From Macrostomum lignano (lineage: Eukaryota), in contig NIVC01002757.1 of the NCBI GenBank assembly GCA_002269645.1, positions 79,040 to 143,039 of the forward strand: a stretch of DNA of 64,000 bases. The letters run 5' to 3'. Both the position numbers and the translations under genes were made by a program. Under the pieces are notes generated by a model. That model did not search any database, was not told where the DNA came from, and worked only from the letters and a program-made list of their open reading frames with translations. Positions within the stretch are counted from its first letter, which is position 1. The number at the start of each line of letters is the position of its first letter. Shown piece after piece: positions 1 to 20,509 of this stretch.

Positions 1-1394
1 AAGTCTTTTTATAGAAAAAATATTCGAGAACAACAGCTTCCGCGTACGTGACAAAACGAAGATTTTTAATTTGTAGCTTAGCAAAGACAAACAAAGCAAA
101 ACGATTTAACTTTTTCCGGCGTTAACTGCGACAGAAGAACAGGTTCTGACATGCAATTAACAAGGACTGCTCAAGTAAAAGTACTTCATTATAACTCGAT
201 TGATATTCCTATAGAGCTTTTTGTTTAGAATAAAAAGGTCTCATTATATTAGGCGAGTATACGAGTATATATAGGCCATACTTATGAGAAAGCTTATACC
301 TAGTTGCTAGTTATGCCATTTTATGACTTTCCGACACAGGAAAAGTACGTAGGAGAGAAAATTAGCATAGAATCCTAATTTTCCTTAAAACAGCTCTTCG
401 AATATCAATAGAGTTATTATAAACGAAGCCACATCAGGAGATGCAGAAACATTGGGTCTGCCCTACTATCAAAGGCAATTATAAATTTTGCGCTGTAAAA
501 GATGGAAATCGCTATGATCTCCAAAATTTACTAATTGGTAATAATTGATAAAACTGATTGATTGCATCAGTAACTAAATTGAAACAATTTTGGCTAAAAA
601 AAATTAAAGTTAGCTAGAAAGCTTCAATAATGAAGACATTAAGGAGGTCAGGGAAACAACAAATCAGTTGACAACGCACATAAAACGTTTAATAAAGATG
701 AGAACGCGATATTGAGAAGGGATTTGAAAACGAAGCTCTTAAATCTCCAAAAAAATATAGAAAAAGCGTCTTCAACTGAAATTTTATCAAGTATGATCGA
801 GTGTTGAGTGCTAGCTAACTTCCTAAATCCTAACCCACAGAGGCATCAAGTCAGATTAACGCCCATCTCAAGTCTCGGGCACAATTAGCAATTCAAGACT
901 CCTCATGGGAACAGAAAAATCCTGGCGCCTAATCAGTGCGACATGAAAATCAATTCTAGATCTTATAGCTGACACTTTTTCAGGGGGGATATTTCAGCGC
1001 TTCTATAGTGGATTAAAAATTTTCATTCCAACACGAAATTAATTTGACACACAACAGACGGTTTGGTAAACGTGCGCTCGCGCTTACTACAAGTAGCATT
1101 TACAGGTAGCTAAAGTTATCTTGTATAAAAAATACAGTTTAAAGTATAAAAAATAAAGAGAATTTTATGACTCAATGGGTAAAAATTCTTAATATCCCAC
1201 TCTCCATTCAACCCGAATGCTTGGTAAGTAGTGTCGGTTTTGGGGGCGTTACAGCTTCTGTAGAAAGTATTTACATGTAACCAGGCTGATCAACAAGCCT
1301 ATAAGTTTCTATAAATCTAAATCTAAGAAGTATTAATTTAGCAACCAATTTTTCACCTATCTAAATATACCCTTTTTGCAGCATATATTGTTAT

Positions 1395-1560
1395 ACTGTA
1401 AAGAGACGAGAGAGGAGAGAGAGAGAGCAGATATGAGAGAAAAGAGATGAGATAAAAAGAAAATGGATAAAAGAGGAGAGAAGAGAGAGAATATAAGAGG
1501 ATAAATGAGATGAAAAAAGAAAATCCGAGAGGAAAGAGGAGAAAGGAGAGAAGTTTCAAA
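1395..1560. repeat. Purine-rich (GA-rich) low-complexity tract
   Basis: Near-pure A/G run; explains the spurious ORFs 1353-1586 and 1357-1569. Confidence 0.8.
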
Positions 1561-1977
1561 GAAGCCCACATGCTTAAGACAGACATTTAGAGAGATTCAT
1601 TCTGCGTGGCGGCACCCCAGCTGACCAGATCAATGCTTGGCTCAAATCTTAATTTAACACGAATTTACTCCATTTTTTTCAAACCTCTATCCTAAATATT
1701 GACAATTTTTGCTTGAGTATTAGTATGACTTCAAAATGAAGAATTTTTGCAAAAATAGGTCCGGGGATCGGAATTCTGCGGCTTCAAAATCCGCGGCTTT
1801 CAACAGCTTGTACTGTAATATGAAGCATGCACTTATTATTTATTCACCATTTTTTGTTAAACCAGGTGCCAAAACGCCCTACAATGCAAAACACTGGCTA
1901 GCTACAGCTAGCCTGGTCTAAAGCATCTCAAGTTTTATATATCGGTGCTTTTCGTTTACCGAGCTTACTTCAACGTT

Positions 1978-10021
<8,044 letters not shown>

Positions 10022-11281
10022 GACCACTGCGTCTCTGTGCGAGGTCTAATGACTTTATAGAGTGAGTGAAAGTGTCCGGAAGGAACCACTAAACCGGCTG
10101 CACGGATACTACGACAAAGGATGCGGCTTAACTTATCAGTAATAGATTTCTAGTCCTAAGAGCTCTCACCCCCTGCTCTGATCCGAATTGGCTGGCCGCA
10201 GAGCCGAAATCCCCCAGCCACTCAGCAATCATTAGTAATTGGGGGATAATTCCTGCCGTCTCCACCCCGCGTCCCCCTTCCAGTTTCCCTGCCGGGCCAC
10301 ACTCAGCAAATCAGCTTTGCAGAAAGAGAATGGCTGGTTACTATGGACGACAACAACGAATGAATGGTAAAAAAGAGACTGGAAGAGTGAATAGAGATGC
10401 GTAGAGGCAGACGCAGGGGGAGGTACTTGGCTTAGTGGAAGGACAAACCAGCTGAAGTGCCCGGGTGGCCTGCAGGTCTGACTCTCGCCCACACGCCCCA
10501 GCAGTAAGATTCTAAGCTTCTTTTGTGTCCGCGAACTGCAGCAGCTGTCTCCAGCGGCTGGGAGCAGCAGCAGTCGCTATTGTCACGGGTCGGGCCTGCA
10601 GCTGTGGAAAAAAGCATGCAGTCATACACAGCATTACATGTTTATCTGTCAGTCTTGCAGCTTTCGCCCCGCAGCGGTACCGCTATCTATTCGGCTATGG
10701 ATGCCACGCAAGGATGAACCCTTAGGCAGGGAATATCTCGATGAAAAAGTTGAGGCCCTCATGGAATCCTTGTAGAAAAGATCTTTACTATCTATAGTTT
10801 ACTTTTTTCGATTCATTCACATTGAGTCTTGAAAGGCTTTGTCAATTTTTTTGGCTTTGCGGGCTTTGTCTTCAAACATTGCTGGCTCCCATGGCAAAGA
10901 AATAACAAATAGACGACTACTTCGTTAATTCAGTATCGGAAATGTCTATTGAAATGTTCAACAACAGCATCGGCAGGGAGTAAGAGAGCATTTAAAATAA
11001 TCTATTTTTAAAATCACTCTTCAATTTGCGTTCAATTTTTCATTAAACAGAAAGCTCAATTAAGAGACCAATTTAAGTTTCGCTGGTCAGAAACAACCTT
11101 GCAAGCTCGTAAAAAAGTAGTCGATAAGTTGCTGCTCAACAAAATGACAGCATTAGGTTAGTAGTATATTTAGATTCAAATTTGTCGCTTAATTCAAATC
11201 TATAGGCGGAAGGCGTCTTGCATTGTCTAATGGAATAAAAACCTTTAAAATGCCATTACATTACAGCTGTGGAGCTATGTG

Positions 11282-11812
11282 ACTACGTAGCACGCAGAAA
11301 CTGCAGGGTTTTCAGATGTTTTGACGCAAAAAACGCAAATTATACTACTATCTGAAAATGAAGTAAGTAGTATATGAAAACGATATCCTAAGCGTGATAT
11401 ACTTTAATATGTACTCGTATATGTACATTAATCCATGTACTCATATGTGTACATTAATCCCATGTACTGCATTAATCCCTATCTATCTCAAATTGTATAT
11501 GTACATTGTCTACTTCCATGTCTATCCCAATTCTACATGTGTATTGTCAACTTGTACAGTCCTTCTATATGTACACTTGCGCATTAATCTACTTCTATGA
11601 CAATTTTTATATGTACAGTACATTATGTACATTAATCCCCAATCTACACGACGGCCCCCGCTCTGCGTATTTGAATCGTCAACCCCACAAGATTATATGT
11701 ACAACTCGAAACACTAATTGTTACGTGTACAGCACAGTATATGCGCAGAGGTGGGTCGGTGTGTGCGCGCCAACTGTACAATCTCACCTACTACCAAATG
11801 AGTCAACTAACA
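11282..11812 (+). repeat. Left terminal inverted repeat (outer ~117 bp near-perfect, inner part diverged)
   Basis: The first 77 bp are identical to the reverse complement of the right end, with few differences to ~11398. Patchy homology (GTACATTAAT sub-repeats; CTACTACCAAATGAGTCAACTAAC) continues to ~11812. Confidence 0.88.
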
Positions 11813-14605
11813 TTCAAGTTTTACAGAACACGTCATATATGCATATTTATATGTGAATTACTCAAAACCAAATGTAACTGATTACGCCATACTACCATTA
11901 GTAGAGTTTACAAGTCGAGATTCTTACTGAAAAAGATTACATTCATAATTTTACATTTTTATATTGAAAAAGCTGATATCATGTTTATTTTCAACTATTT
12001 TCAATAGTTGAAACAGAGAGCATGCAGAAGCGCCCACCCACCCAAATTATACCCAAAATTTGCAAAGCGGCCGCACATCCAAGAATTAACTCTTCATATT
12101 CCGCTGACCCTCAAAAAGCAAACAGTGTACGCAGAAACCGCCGCCCATCCCCAAAATTGGCGGAGGAGGTGCATGAGTTAGCCAAAAATTGCTGTCCACA
12201 CTGTTATATCCACTCCTTTTATACTTCATCCCTCTAGAATTCAGCCCTCGTCGCCACTCCGAGACAATTACGTCATTCCCAACCCCTCTCCCCGAGTCAA
12301 AAAAGTTTTCAAAAGACGTATATATATGATACGTATACGATTTATTTAGTCGGCCTCTAAATTCAAGACTGTGAAAGCAATGTTTTATATGCTTCGTATC
12401 ACAGTGCGGATGATACAAGACCCTTGTCGCACTTTATCCGCAAAATATGCCACTGACGCTGGTGTACACTATGGAATTAATTATGTTGCATGTTGAATCA
12501 CCCTTTATCTCCGGCCATATTCAAAATTCAACCCCAAGACTTGTTCGAAAACATCCACCCCTCAGCAGACCCCTATATAGCAAATCGAATTGAACCACTC
12601 GCCCCTGTTTCTCTCTGCACCCTTCTAAATGCCAAGGAATTTCGACCCCTCTCTCCATTTTCAGTGTACAAACAGATCTTTTCACAGCACGGACCCTATA
12701 TTAAACCTCATTCAGCAAAACCCCTCTTCTCCAATTACGTCATCCATGCCGCCCCAGTTAGCAAGAAACTAACTTTCAATGCACACATCAACCCCACGAA
12801 TCTGAGCAAATCCGAGTCAACCTCCAACTGCATCGACCCAATACCCCTGCATCTGTCAATGTACACAACCTATGAATCAGTGTATCCTCTGCATACAATT
12901 CCGAGACTGAATTCTATAGATGTGTTTTGTCAAAGAAATACTTTGGCACTATAACCAATGCGGTATACTAGAAGTAGTGAAGTCCACCCGCCCAAAAACG
13001 TGCTGCTATGTCAATTCTATCGCCTCCCCTACCTTCTCACTTCAAGCTTTCAGACTCTATGAAAGTTCGATCGCTCGAAGCAGGAATGAATCACCCACGG
13101 ACCTCTCCAAGTTGGAATTCCGTCCAAGTTTATTAAAAGCTAAATTAGTAGCTCGTAAAAAGCACATTTCATAAAAGGCGAGTTTTCTACAGTTTCTTTA
13201 ATTTTACCGTTTCAAGTTACACTTTGTTGATCAAAATCAGTAATTTCATCACTGGAAACCATAATTTCAACAGCTAATTTGCCCAAATGCCGTTTCAACT
13301 TTACTTGAGACGGCTTCGAAGCAAGAATGATCCCACACGGAAGTCCACAAGCCAGCCCAGCCTAAGAAATGGTTGATTAATGGTAAAAATTTATTAGAAA
13401 TGCAAACTTTTTCACGAAAACCACGAGTTTTCCTCATTTTTCGATTTTTAACGTTAAAATGCTTACTTTATGGATCGAAATCTGTCATTTTATCAATAGA
13501 AATCATAATTTTAGCTAATAAACCATCAAAAATGCTGTTTAATCATTCAAATAGGCATGTATATTGCCCAAGAAGCTGGGGAAATATTGTATAGACACTG
13601 TAAAAATTGGGGCTAAAAACACAGTCTGCTATTAAACTTAAAGTTTTCAGTGTTCGATTGATTTCGATTACTAAATCATGCCATTGATGCTATTTTAAAC
13701 GTTATTCTCAGTTCCGAAGCTCCCAACAGCCTCTTTTAGATGCACTGAATCCTGAATCAGTTTTGCTGCATACTTTGCATGTTGAATCACCCTTCAATTC
13801 AAAGATTCTCCACTACATACATTCTAGCCATATTCAAAATTCAACCCAGGACTATTAATGTTCGCCAATATGGAGAGAACAGCACAACACCTACCCCAGC
13901 CTCACCAAGGCAATTCTTTACTACCGCGTAAATGCCATAACTGACTCTCTGTCCCTATAACCCCAGGTCCATCCCTAAACATTACGTAAACAGAAGTAGA
14001 AAACTCTGTCTCTCTGTTTTGGCTTGTGACAGGGATCTCCGTCACTTCATTACTCTTTGTGGATATTTTAGATGATGGCAAGAGCTTTTCATCGACTATT
14101 ACTCTTCACCAAGCCTCTGTCAATCGGATGCTTTGCACACAAGCCCCATTTCACCAAGGTTATTAAATTGATACAGCGATTTTTAACAACCATTTTCTCG
14201 CAGAGACCGGCGGGCCTTAAAAACCACAGAAGTTATCTTTCATATTTTCATCTGTATTTAGCTATTATTGGTCCGCCAAGGTATTGTATTTTGAATAAAC
14301 ACCGTTTTCTATCAGATTTAAGTCGAAAAGACATGCTGCAAGAGGAAGCTGTCTTCCTAATTAAGAGACTGTACTCTGGCGGAGCAGCAGTTTCCACTCC
14401 TGCGAGAATGCTGGTTGGGTGGCTCCGCTCAGATCCAATAAAAAACCGCATGAGAAAAGAATTTATGGGGTATTTTCGACCCCAACTTTTCTATACCAAA
14501 TGCGGAACCGAGTGTACAATCGTACACTAATCTAGAAAATATAGACCCGGGAAAGAAAACCACGCACACCTCTCGTGCCCCTACCCCATCCTCCCTCTCG
14601 CGGGG

Positions 14606-14614
14606 TATATAAAG
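14606..14614 (+). promoter_or_regulatory. Candidate TATA box of the pPolB gene
   Basis: TATATAAAG in GC-rich context ~190 bp upstream of ATG 14800, followed by a CAG-rich putative 5' UTR. Confidence 0.55.
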
Positions 14615-14799
14615 CGGGTGAGAGCTGCTGCAGCCGCATCAGCAAAAGCAGCCAGCAGCAGAAGCCACAACAGCAGCATCACAGCTAGCAGCAACAGCAG
14701 AAGCAACGACAGCCACCAGCCCTCTGCCTCTAACATCAGCTGCAGCAGCATCATTAACATCACCAGCAGCATCAACAACCATCTACCTTCCCCATCGAA

Positions 14800-17700
14800 A
14801 TGGCATCGAAGCGCTCTGCTGCGGAAGCGGCTATTTCAGCCTTGTGGGGGCAGGCCGGCCCATCCAGGCAGCAACCGCAGCAACAACAGCAGCAGCATCA
14901 GCCTCCGGCAGCAAAGAGGGGACGACAGCTAGGTGAGTCTCTGCGCGCGTAAAACTATGCTTTTAGCATTTGCAAAATCTAAAATCAGAAAAATAGGGCT
15001 GTATAATTGCTTTAGCATTTGTGTGTGATTTGCAAACTTCACGCTTGTTGAAATATGGGCTTTCTTTGAAACCACAGCTTTCCATCTTTAACATTCATTT
15101 TGGCTTAAAATTTCTGTAATTGCTTTTCAGCTTTAGCATTTGTGTGATTTGCAAACTTAACGCTTGTTGAAATATGGGCTTTCTTTGAAGCCACATCTTT
15201 CCATCTTTAACATTCATTTTGGCTTAAAATTTCTGAATTTCCTCTTGACATAGATGTTGAAGTTGGATTTCTCAAATTCAGGCCTATTGAAATAACAGAG
15301 TTTTAGAGAATATCCGCAACAGCAGTATAGCCGGATAATGCCTGTAGAGGATAGTCATAAAATTTCTGGGGTTATGTGACTAGAGAAGCAAAAACAGCAA
15401 TCCTGTGGCGAGCGCGTGACTTAGCGGGGGGCGGGCAGGCGGCAGTGATAAAATCAACCCCCGATTTTTGGGCATGATTATGTAATCACCGCTGCAATTG
15501 ACAGTAGGGGTTTTGGCAGCAATAAAACTTGGCTGCTACAGTGAGGGTTATTAATCAGACAGCTTTAAAAATCCAAAAGCGGCCGCGCGGTATTGTTGCT
15601 AGGTGTCAAGGAGGTACAATGGAGGCACGTGCTGATAGGGGTTTTCTTAAATTTTACAATGGCTGCTGCGGCAGGATCAGTGTTATCAGGGTCATCAATC
15701 AAACATTTTTGACAGCCTAAAATTCGAAGCGGGGGTCAATCAACCCCACATTTCTTTTGTTGCTACGTGTCGGAACGTGCCGAGTTGGGGTTTTTACAAC
15801 TCGCCGATTTTTGTTGCTTGGGGTGGGGCGATAAAATTGCTGCTGCTGCAGGCAATCAATCAAAAGTTTTTGACAGTTGTAAAATTCCAAGCGGTCAGAA
15901 TTTTAGTCACCATGCGCATTTTTATTGCAGATTTGGCTCAATTTCAACCCCCACCCCAGCCCGACACTGTCGAAGGCGATGGTAAGGAGTTGATTTTATT
16001 TCATGAGTCATACACCCGCAGCCTCTCGCAATTCTAATTTCAAAACCCTCCATTTTTCAGGCTTTATTGCGCGTCTTGGCGGGGCAAAGGCCCTGCCAAA
16101 ATTTAAGGCAAAAGGGGTCGAATACGAGATAGTATTCACAAATTTGAGCGATATTCGCTCAACATTTGAGAAAATAATAGCAACCCTCTGCGCCGACCTG
16201 AATGCAGATGACTTCGTCGCATCTAAGCTGACGGCGGACAATATGATGCTCGCCATCAATGTCCCGCCCGTCCGCCGCAGCCGCTTCACTGCAGAGCTTG
16301 TCTTCAAGCATATCAACAAGGTGCTGCAGTCGGACTCCAGCGTCTTGGGCAACAACTTTAAATTGTTTTTGCTCAAGGCCTGGGTCCCGCGGGGCGGCTG
16401 CGGCAGCTTAGATGCGGCGGAGCGCCACATTCAGGCCAGGCATGCTATGGGCTATAATTATGTCATCATCGCCAACAGCGACAAGCGCTGTCTAATTCGA
16501 GCGCTGCTTGTCGCCAAGGCCTTTGCCGACCTGCAGGCCAAAGTCATCACGAGAACTACGTGGCAAACAATCAAGGCCGACTCCCCAATGCAGAAGAAGA
16601 TTACTGGAGAATTACAAATTACCGCCAAATTGTATTCGGTGAGTAAAAATGTTCTTGCGCATTTTAATTTGCATTTTTATTAATATACAAATGTTTTAGT
16701 CTTTATCAACCATCACACAGGCCGGGCCTTTCGGGGTTGACGTGCTCCCCCAACTGCTCGCCGCCATGAACGCTCAGTCGCCCGGCCGAGATTTCGGCGT
16801 CCGGGTGTACAGTGCCGAGGAGGGCAATACGTGCGTGTACGCCCTACCCGGCCGCGAAGTGCTGAATCTGCACCTAATTGGCGAACACTTTAACGCGGTG
16901 TGCAAGGTGCCGCCATTTTTCGGAGCCCGCCGCTATTGTGACCGCTGCCAGCAGCCGTATGATTGCAACTCTGGAGAGCACAAGTGCGCCAACACCTGCC
17001 CTCAATGCAAAGCGCCTGGCTCCAATTGCAAGAGCCTGCGGTGTGACTATAAGCGCTGCGCTGATTGTGGCCTCAAGTGCTACAATCAGCAGTGCTTCGA
17101 CAACCACCTTCGCAAGAACCGGGCTGGCCGGTCGCGCTGCAGCTCAACCCGTGTCTGCCCCAATTGCGGGTATTGCGAAGACCTGAAAGCCGGTCAAAAG
17201 GAGCCAGAGCACAAGTGCGGCCACATCAAATGCCCACTGTGTAAACAGTATGATGAGGCCGGCTCGCATTTGTGCTTCGTCAAGGCTCCTAAAGTGAAAG
17301 CATCGACTATGCCGTACGTGTTCTACGATACGGAAACATACACGGACGAGGAGAAGCAGCATCACGTGCATCTGGTGACTGCCGTCACGTGCTGCGAGAC
17401 CTGCTCCGGCCGGGCGTTTCCGCGCGAGACTTGCCGCCTCTGCAATGGCCTGCATAGCGCCGCCAATTGTCTGACTGGCCGCGATCTGGGGGAGGAATTC
17501 TCCAATTGCGTCAGCCACTCAGACTGCGCCTGCCAAATGGCCGATTTTGTGGCTGTGGGCCCGGCCTCGCTGAATGCTTTTTTCACCTGGCTGAGCACCA
17601 CATTCCGCGGCGGCGTCATTGTTGTCGCGCATAATGCATCAGGCTATGATGCGTTTCTACTGCTTGGCGCTCTGCTCAACGGCCTGGCCAAGAAGCGGCC

Positions 17701-20130
17701 CCAAGTACTGTTCCAGGGCAGCCGGCTAATGAGCATGACGGTTGACAAATTGGTATTCAAAGATTCGTTAAATTTTATACCAATCCCGCTTGCGCAATTC
17801 CCCAAAGCGCTGGGGCTCGCTGACACAAAGCTGGCCAAGGGGACGTTTCCCCACGAGTTCAACAAGCCGGCTAATTGGAACTACGTGGGCCCCTACCCGG
17901 CTATTGAATATTATGGCGGCAAAGCAAACAAGGACTATGACTCAATCTGTGCTTGGCTAGCCTCGCGACAGGGCGAGTTGTTCAACTTTAATCGGGAGTA
18001 TCTCGATTATTGTTTGAGCGACACAGTCCTGCTTCGCGAGGGCTGCATCAAGTACAGGGCAATAATTGGTGAAATTTGTGACGGCCTGGAACCATTTGTA
18101 CAGGCCAATACGATTGCCAGTTTGGCAATGGCCGTTTTCACCACCCGATTTATGGAGCCCAACTCGCTCGGCGTGATTGCCCGGCAGGCCGACCAGCAGT
18201 CATTCAAGGCGCGCAAGTGGCTGGCCTATTTGAATGCCACCGAATTTGGCGGGCGGCTGCGAACCTGCGACTCTACTGGCGGCGAGGCTGTCATTCTCGG
18301 CCGCAAGGTGGACGGCTTCGATGAGGCGAGCAACACTGTCTTGCAGTTTCATGGCTGTTTCTACCATGGCTGCGAGCAGTGCATGCCTGATCAGGATGCT
18401 GTCCACCCGCTCAAACGGCAGCCTCTGAGCCATATCCGCCACGAGACTGAGTGGTTCACTCGCGAGTTGGAGCGGCAAAACTACAGTGTTCGTACAATTT
18501 GGGAGCACGAATACGACACTGTATTGGCATCGCAGGCTGATTTCATTGCCGCAACTGCACATCTGCGCGCTCCACTCAAGATGGAAGATGCTCTCTACGG
18601 CGGCCGCGTAGAATGTTTTATCCCGCATGCTGTGGCCAGCGAGACTGAGACTCTCAAATATCGGGATGTGGTGAGTAGTGATACTACTAATATAGTAGAA
18701 TATTTTGCAAAAATACAGTTTATGAAAATAATGTTTTATTTCAACTTGCAGGTCTCTCTGTACCCGACGGTGCAGTCGAAAGACCCGTACCCGATTGGCC
18801 ACCCGGTGCAACATCCGACGCCGCAAGTGCTAGATTCTGACGCGCTGGCTAGTTACTTTGGTATTGCCAAAGTGACTGTGTTGCCGCCGTCAAATTTGCA
18901 CATTCCGCTGCTGCCCTACAGGGTGCAAAAGAAGCTCTTTTTTGGGCTTTGCCGCACCTGTATGGAGCAGCAGTGCGGCGACGATTGTGACCACTCAGAC
19001 GAGCAGCGGGCACTGACTGGTACCTGGGCAACGCCGGAGCTGCAAAAGGCCTTCCAGTTGGGCTACCGGCTGCAGGTGGTGCACGCGCTAGCCTACTGGA
19101 CAGAGAAGCGGACCGGTCTGTTCAGTGACTATGTCAGCACCTTCCTCAAATTGAAGGCTGAGTCGAGCGGCTCCCCCGGCATGTCGGATGAAGACAAGGC
19201 CGCCTATATTGCCGATTTCTTTGCAAAGGAGGGCGTCACGCTGGACAAGGTCGAGCCCAACCCCGGACTTCGCTTTGTAGCGAAAATCTTTTTGAATTCG
19301 TAAGTAATTATAAATTCTGTTTTTTAAACGATTTTCTTCTACTAATAGTAGCACTTCTTTTCACAACACACAGGCTCTGGGGCAAATTTTGTCAGCGTGA
19401 CGACCTGACATCGACAGAAATAGTATCCAGCTACGAGGACTGGCTCGCCTGGCTGACCGACCCCAACCTCAAAGTCAAGGCCTGCGAACCGATTGGCAGC
19501 GAGTTTATGCTGCTAGAGTACCGGCACCGCTACTTTAATCAGCGGCCCTTCCGGTACTCCAATGTGCCAATCGGTGTCTTTACGACCACGCAGGCCCGGC
19601 TGCGCCTGTACGAGGCATTGGAGGGGCTCGGCGAACGGGCCATTTACTGCGACACTGACTCGTAAGTAATGCATTGATAAATTATTTTAGAATTGAATAG
19701 TTGGCATGTGGAACTAATTATCTCTCTCCCCACACCCAGGGTCGTTTACCGGCATTCCGAGGGCCAATGGGAGCCGCCCCATGGCACGAGCCTCGGAATG
19801 TGGACCGACGAGGTGCCCGCAGGCAGCCGGATGACCGACTTTGTAAGTGGAGGGCCCAAGCTCTACACTTACATTGTCGAGGATGCGGCCGGAGTCCAGA
19901 GCCAAGTCCTGAAATGCAAGGGCATCCGCCTGACTCCGGAGATTCGGGAACGCAGCGACGAATTGCGCAGTGCCCTACTACACGGCGGCTCCCTGAAACT
20001 GCCGCAGTTTCAGTTCAGGCGCGACAAGGCGTCTTGCACCATACACACTGTTAGTATGGACAAGACGTTTCAGCGCGTCCTGACGAAACGCGTGTACGGG
20101 ACCTGCAGCAGGCCTTATGGCTATAAATAA
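14800..20130 (+). CDS. Protein-primed family B DNA polymerase (Polinton-type pPolB) with Cys-rich region and VSR-like insertion. Exons 14800-14932, 15931-15981, 16061-16638, 16721-18670, 18752-19299, 19374-19661, 19740-20130; about 1312 aa
   Basis: ExoI YVFYDTET, ExoII AHNASGYD, FKDSLNF..KGTFPHEFN, ExoIII YCLSD; spliced motif A DVVSLYP, motif B KIFLNSLWGKF, motif C YCDTDS; LGMWTDE, FVSGGPKLY, KCKGI. All six introns are GT-AG with matching phases; the joined CDS is 3939 nt with no internal stop. Exons 1-2 are less certain than exons 3-7. Confidence 0.9.
15009..15240 (+). repeat. Two tandem direct copies of ~112 bp in pPolB intron 1
   Basis: GCTTTAGCATTTGTG...GGCTTAAAATTTCTG at 15009-15121 and 15130-15240. 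Confidence 0.85.
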
Positions 20131-20509
20131 TGTATTCTAGTTGTGACTGACAATTCAATGTACATTTTGCAATATTAAATTAGTAAAATCTATTTATTGT
20201 ACATAATTTGCATTGTAATACTGCTGTATTTATCAGAATCTATTTGCTGTATATATATAATTCATGTACATAGAGCATTTTTGTATTGTGTGTGGCGAAA
20301 TTGCCAATGTAAAAATCTATTGTACATATTTTACATGTCAAACCTGTTTAAAATCATTTATGAAGAGAAAATTATTGAAAAAACAATGTAAAATTTTCTG
20401 TATATTCTATTTGCTGGTGATGGTGTACATGTCTCGATTCCTGTAATATGCTACTGATTAAATGTAAATATATCTTCATTGTAAATACTTATACATGATG
20501 TACGCTACA

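Noticed and set aside
14072-14530. 152-aa ORF as the missing integrase
   Set aside because: No DDE/rve motifs recognisable, and it is too short.
18671-18751. 27-aa insertion in pPolB shown by the ORF track (VSSDTTNIVEY...NLQ)
   Set aside because: It has GTGAGT...TTGCAG boundaries, is AT-rich, and its removal restores motif A; treated as an in-frame intron, not an intein or a domain.
16008-19031. Antisense and alternative-frame ORFs over pPolB
   Set aside because: Shadow ORFs expected in GC-rich coding DNA; no motifs.
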